NCBI RefSeq assembly: GCF_009914755.1
Contig: NC_060926.1
Source: the human T2T-CHM13v2.0 reference genome, Homo sapiens
Length of the DNA: 64,000 nucleotides
Strand: one strand, 5' to 3'
Under the pieces are notes generated by a model. The model was given only the letters and a program-made list of their open reading frames with translations. It made no database searches and was not told the DNA's origin. Both the position numbers and the translations under genes were made by a program. Each line of letters begins with the position of its first letter. Position 1 is the stretch's first letter. Positions 58,231 to 64,000 of this stretch are shown here, piece after piece.

Positions 58231-59314
58231 TATAAATGGTTAACCCGGAGGCTGACAGCACAATTGTCACTTAAGAGGGAAGAAATGAACTTGTGAGTCT
58301 ATTATAGTTCCAGTTCAAGGGAAAATAAAATACCTTGATTACTTGATTATTGTTGATAGATTCTGAAACATGGATTGCTGGAGTACAGACCAGCTGGGAT
58401 GGGGACTTGTACTTATTCATACAGGAAAGGCTTTATGTCTGAGACATAAAGTATCCTGACATACCTCAGAAGTGCCTAAAATTTGCTTTTAAAAAAGCTG
58501 GGTGGGATGCTTGCATAAAAATACAGGTAACTGATATATCAGAAAGAAAGCTCATATAAGAGAAAAAAATATTTTTGCTTTTCTTTTCCCTTCACTATGC
58601 ATGCATACTCATATATATCTCTCCCTGCCAATACCGTTACTTCTGCCGCTGCACACTCTCTTCCTTCATCAGAGCTTTCTGGAAATCTCTGTAAATCTTT
58701 ATTTCATCTCTTCCTTCTTTAACCTGATCTAGCAATGAGGAACTGGTGCTGAATGTTCTTGGACTTTTTTTTTTTTTTCTTTAAATAATTGGCTTACCTT
58801 CATGCCTGAGCAGGGAAAAACTACTAAAGAAGAAAAGAAGTTTCCAAAAATGTGATTGTGAGCACCAATGCAATTTTGCCTCAGGCCAGCACACTTTACC
58901 TCAATGGTAAACAAGCATACTTGGGGTGACATGTACGTACACGTATGTTGAACAGAATACTGCTCACAATATATTTTGTTGAGAGGTGGCAAGAATATCA
59001 CCATTTATGTACCTGAGATTTTTACAGATGGGTACACAGATTTTACATGTTATGCTTAATCTCAACAAATTAAGTCAAAAGCCGTATTTTTTTTTAAAGG
59101 ATAGCTCCTCAGTATTGGCCTGATATCATCTGTAGGCTGAGCTGTTTCTAATGTGATAGAAGTTAAGCCTTGCGCTCCCTTATGGGATTTTACAAACATG
59201 TTAAGTAGGCAAAAGAAAGAAAGATTGATGAATAGGACTAAAGTCATACAGCCAGAGAGAGATGGAAACAGAAACAGATTTAGTTTGCATTGCTATTCTC
59301 TATATAAATGGAAC

Positions 59315-59510
59315 TCAATCCCAAAACGTGGTTCAACATGCAGACTTTAAAATCAGACCTGAATTCAAACCCTATTGTAGCTACTCAAACATATTCATCC
59401 TAGTGCAATTTATGTCAACTCTGAGCTTCCATTTCTTCATCTTTAAAATAGAGTTAAAATTACTTTATATAGGATCTCAGAAGCTTAAAGTATAAGTGCA
59501 TGTGATAAAT
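59315..59510 (+). mobile_element. MIR
   Basis: tcagacctgaattcaaaccc...tctgagcttccatttcttcatctttaaaatag. Confidence 0.75.
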
Positions 59511-59691
59511 AACCCCCAAGGAAGTTATCTTTACCATTTCCCACTTATATGAAACCAAATAGCAGGTATATAGAAATACCAATCTTATTCCTCTGGTTAT
59601 ACAAGGGGTCTCAAAATGAATAGGATAAATTCCAATTTATAATTCCTAATCCAACTCACCAGAATAAAATGAATGACTGGGTCCTAAATAA

Positions 59692-60068
<377 letters not shown>

Positions 60069-60109
60069 TAGATTTATATTATTTATTGATCCAACCTAAT
60101 GAATCCTGA

Positions 60110-60265
60110 TATTCCATATTTGAATCATCTTATAATATATTTTCATTTTTAGGAAATGTAAATTACTTACCCAAGGTCACACAGCTTGTCCATGGTAAAA
60201 TGCAGAAAAGTTTAAGTCTTATGACTTCTAATCTAGGGCCTTACCTACCAGATCACACAGCTTTT
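60110..60265 (-). mobile_element. MIR
   Basis: ttacttacccaaggtcacacagct. Confidence 0.75.
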
Positions 60266-60634
60266 GAACACACTTAACAGGTTTATCATTCTCTAAGCTT
60301 AAGAAAAACCTCACTAATATCATTAGAACATTCCAGGTCTTCTTTTCCATATTCATTTATGTACACGGATCAGCTCATTCTTTTCAAATGCCAGGGATGT
60401 ATTGCTCACTGGAGGAACTCCGGTACCCAGCGGTCTTTAATGTAAAAGGCAAACCTTTCCACTAATGAGCAGTTTGTCTAGTGTTCTTAACCTTATCAGC
60501 AGCTCCTCAAGTGATAAAGGCTTAACTATTATGCACCGAAAGGTGTTTATAATTCTCAATCTTCATGCAGAAAATGGCTCTTTTGTCACTTCTTATAGTC
60601 TACTGTTAAACTTAGCATACTGCTTACAAATTAC

Positions 60635-60726
60635 CTTTCCTGTTCTGCAAAGCAGTCAGCTGGAAGTATTGGTGGGCCGGCAGCAGGTGGAGCCTCCTCC
60701 TGTCAGGACAAGAATGATACCTGCTG
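60635..60726 (-). other. Candidate exon (86-92 nt, tandem acceptors)
   Basis: ttctttttctattaag|CAG|CAG|GTATC...AGGAAAG|gtaatt; GC-richer than its flanks. Confidence 0.4.
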
Positions 60727-61199
60727 CTTAATAGAAAAAGAACCATCTGCAGTTTAATGATGTAGACCTGTCCCAGGAAATAGACTGGGTTTAAAGACAA
60801 GGTAGAGGGAAGAACATTTTTTTCAAAATAAGAAAAATGAGGTTGACTATTAAAGACTGTACAAATAGAACTGAAGGCTAGAGGTTTTACCAACGGAAAC
60901 ATTAGTGCATAGTGACTAAAATGATTTTATTCCTTTGCTACTGGAATTCCCTAAAGTACAGTGGGGCCTATAGAGCCAGCCCACAGCTCATAGGGCCTTT
61001 CCTCCATCAGCTTCTGGAATGAAGAATGCAGGAAAACATTGTCTCCATGTTGCTGCAAGAGAAACAATAAAAGCTTGATCAGCTGAATGCTTAAATATGG
61101 CTGAATGTTTGATGAGATGAAGATGTAATTTTGTCTATGTTCCCTAAGGATCTGGATTAAATATGACTACAGGGCCTAATCAAATAGCTAGTCACTGAA

Positions 61200-61700
61200 C
61201 AACGGTCCCAACTGCATTTTTCATTCTAGGCATGCCTTTCTTTCCCCCCCTCCTCCAAGTACATTACTTATTCACTGGTTTGTCAGCAGTGTGCATTATT
61301 AGCGCTTGAGAGATAAAACTTTAAGTGTTGCTCCCAATTAGCACAACAGTGACCACGCACCATGCTCTGTGCTTAATGCCTGCTCTCAGAGAGGAGCTGG
61401 TTTTGAAGGTCTGAGGTGGAGGAGAAAAAAAATGAAACAGCTTAAGCATTCATTTTGAGTGGAGAGACAGCTCCTATTAACATTTAACAGCATTTGTGCA
61501 ACTTGGTGCGGAGGTTATGATGCAAATGAGGAGGAATTAAAAGTGGCCAGGGGTTTGTCATTGATGGATTGCAGTCTGGCGGTGTTCACACTTCTGCCGT
61601 GTCCATCAGAAGCGATTACTGTGTAATTAAACCTTATTTCTCTACTCTTCAGTGCATAATTACTTTGTGAATGTAACCATCATCTAAAAAAGCTACCAAA
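61200..61700. promoter_or_regulatory. Candidate conserved developmental enhancer
   Basis: Repeat-free; retained CpGs; ATGCAAAT, TGATGGAT, TAATTA and AGATAA motifs. Confidence 0.5.
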
Positions 61701-63729
61701 ATGCTTTAGCATTTAGTCTAGCAGTCATTTCCCTAGCTTGTGTCAGATATAACCATCAGACAGTGCAAAAGAACTGTCACTTTTAATAAGAGGCAAAAAA
61801 TTAAATGAAACAGTATGCTTATTACAGGAAAATTAGGCGTTCAAGTGGTAGAGTCCTTTTCTGCTATTTGCATAATTTATTCTTTTTTGTCCCTCACACC
61901 AGCAGCTTCAGGCAATTTTCTTCACATTTAAATAGATCGCACATTTAAGGCTACTTAAGGAAAATTATCACTTTGCATATTTTAATTGTTGTAAAGAAAG
62001 TGAATAGAAGAGGTCTGCAGCTTGGACTCTTGAGTCGGTCAGATGCTCAACTGTCTGATTCTGGAGCTCCCCACTGCTGCACTAGAGATAACCCTATAGT
62101 TCACAGCTATCCACTTGCATTTCATCAGCATGCAAATGCAGCTCCAAGCACTACAATAAATGGATCTTTGATATTTACAAACTAGCCATTAATAACTAAA
62201 ACATAATTTGTTTGACATAACTTTAGATTCTCTTATCACTGTGCCTTCTTTTTTTTTCTTTTTCAGAGAAAAACCTAAGTCTTTAACGTTTAGAAAAACT
62301 GAGACAGTCCACTCAAACTGAGTCATGTTCTACAGGTTCCAGAAATATGATTTGCTACAAAATTATGTCAGTTCCATTATGTTGGCAAGGCAGCCAACAT
62401 TTCAAGTTCTTTTGTTTAATTTGGACTCACTTTTATTCAAATAAAAAATTCAACAAAAAACTCTTTCCCCCATAAGAATTATAGCAAGCCAATGGTGTTT
62501 CAAATGAATGATTCAGTTACCAAGGGAAGCATGTAACATTTCAGTATGCTTGTGTTGTAATTCAAAAAGATGAGAGCAACAGCACAGGGCATTGCAGAGC
62601 AACCGCTGTAAATAGGCTAATGCCTGTACAAACTGTTAATTATGAAACTGGTGAAAAGTTAAAAGGAGATTCCAGTGAAAACTTTGATCAAAACATACTC
62701 GGCTTATTTATTGTACTTAAGTGGGTTAAAGAATCTCAGTGGTATAATTTGCTTAGTTTTCATTACCAATTAAAAAAAATTCCAAAGAGACAGAAAACTG
62801 AAGTCTTCATTTTGACAAGACAGAAATGCTTTAAAGTATATTCAAATGTGAATCCGATTAACTCAGCAACAGTTTTAATTACAAACAATTATATGTTCCC
62901 TTTGGCTACTGGTCATTTTCATTTATAATGCCATTGTCCTCCTTAAGTGCAAACTCTAAACACTAATGAATGTCTGAGGGACTACAGTTAGCACACATTT
63001 GTAGACACTAAGCAAACATTTGTCTTTAAAAGTAAGTGAAGTAGGACTTAGTTTACAGAAACTATCAGTGTGGGGCAAAGCAACATAAAATAGCACGTTA
63101 TAGGGACTGACAAAAAGTGAGTATAAGATATGAATTTGTAACTTAGAAAGGAATCTACTCATTTTGACATATTTATTCTTTAAGCTGTGAAATGTAGTAC
63201 AGCATTATTTAGAAAGGCAGTACAAGGTTTTTCTTCCATCAGAACAATATTTTCTAAATGTATATTTTTGCTTATTATTTTTTACTTAAAATACTTAATG
63301 GAAAAAATTGTGTAAATTCTGAAAAAGATAAAAAAAATTGAAAAGATCTTTACAATTTCCCAGAAGCAACATACAGCTGAAGTCATATTTGATTCTAGCA
63401 TAGTACGTAGAAAGGAAACAAATTATTTCTGGTAGCATTTTTTGCATCACTGACTACTTGGTTAAATCAATTGACTTAAAATTTTCCATTTGGGTTTTCT
63501 TCTTTTCCTCTTTTTTGGAGGTGAGTTTTAACTGTGCTGCCTTAACACACACTTAAAAGAGGAATCACACATACCTTTTGACTCTGCTGACCCTTCATGC
63601 TCCCTCCAACTCCCATCATTTCTAAAATGAAAACAACCACAACAACTGATCTCTCAAGTTAGCTGAATATATCAGAGAATCAAAGGCAGTAATGCAGATT
63701 TCTCAACATAATATCCTGTTTACCTTTAC

Positions 63730-63870
63730 TATGGAATTGCTTTTTTGTTAAGTTGCTTCCTTCTAGGAAATGGAGATAATAATGTACCTAACTCAAGAGG
63801 AACATGGTGGGGAATAATTGCAAGTAAAGTTGGCACACGGCTCTGCAGAATATACCTAATACATGTAGAC
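63730..63870 (+). mobile_element. MIR
   Basis: aaatggagataataatgtacctaactca...tggcacacgg. Confidence 0.7.
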
Positions 63871-64000
63871 TGTTTTCACTACAGAAAAAGAAAAAAAAAA
63901 TCAAACAACTATAAAAATTTGACTAAGAGTATCAGTCTGATAGGTCAAACCTGAAGTCCAAAAAATTCTGCCAGCCCATACAGTATATTATGTCGCTCTC

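Noticed and set aside
60963-60997. Imperfect hairpin ggcctatagagc...gctcatagggcc
   Set aside because: Too short for a pre-miRNA and expected by chance.
62240-62270. Strong + strand acceptor tttttttttctttttcag
   Set aside because: No convincing donor or terminal-exon evidence; poly-T tracts create such sites often.

Overview
AT-rich, CpG-depleted primate genomic DNA; AluY copies point to a catarrhine, probably human. I recognise no protein-coding gene, tRNA, rRNA or CRISPR array, and I could not identify the locus. Many listed ORFs are Alu, L1 or microsatellite read-throughs; only the decayed L1 ORF1 and ERV-L pol pieces resemble known proteins. Much of the window is transposon-derived: about 26 Alus, one large old L1, many L2/MIR pieces, MaLR/ERV-L LTRs, a truncated LTR33/ERV-L provirus, and hAT and Tigger DNA elements. 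Several multi-kb repeat-poor blocks look regulatory. Best leads: (1) an unusually intact, near full-length AmnSINE1 (~32.5-33.0 kb), a candidate exapted enhancer or CTCF site; (2) a ~130-bp apparent retrocopy of a spliced RNA ending at an MST-LTR poly(A) site (32054-32185); (3) a motif-dense candidate conserved element at ~61.2-61.7 kb; (4) an unexplained protein-like fossil frame at 43567-43971; (5) several minus-strand exon candidates that may form a spliced lncRNA. Repeat family and subfamily names come from recalled consensus sequences, not from a RepeatMasker/Dfam run, so boundaries are approximate unless a TSD is quoted.
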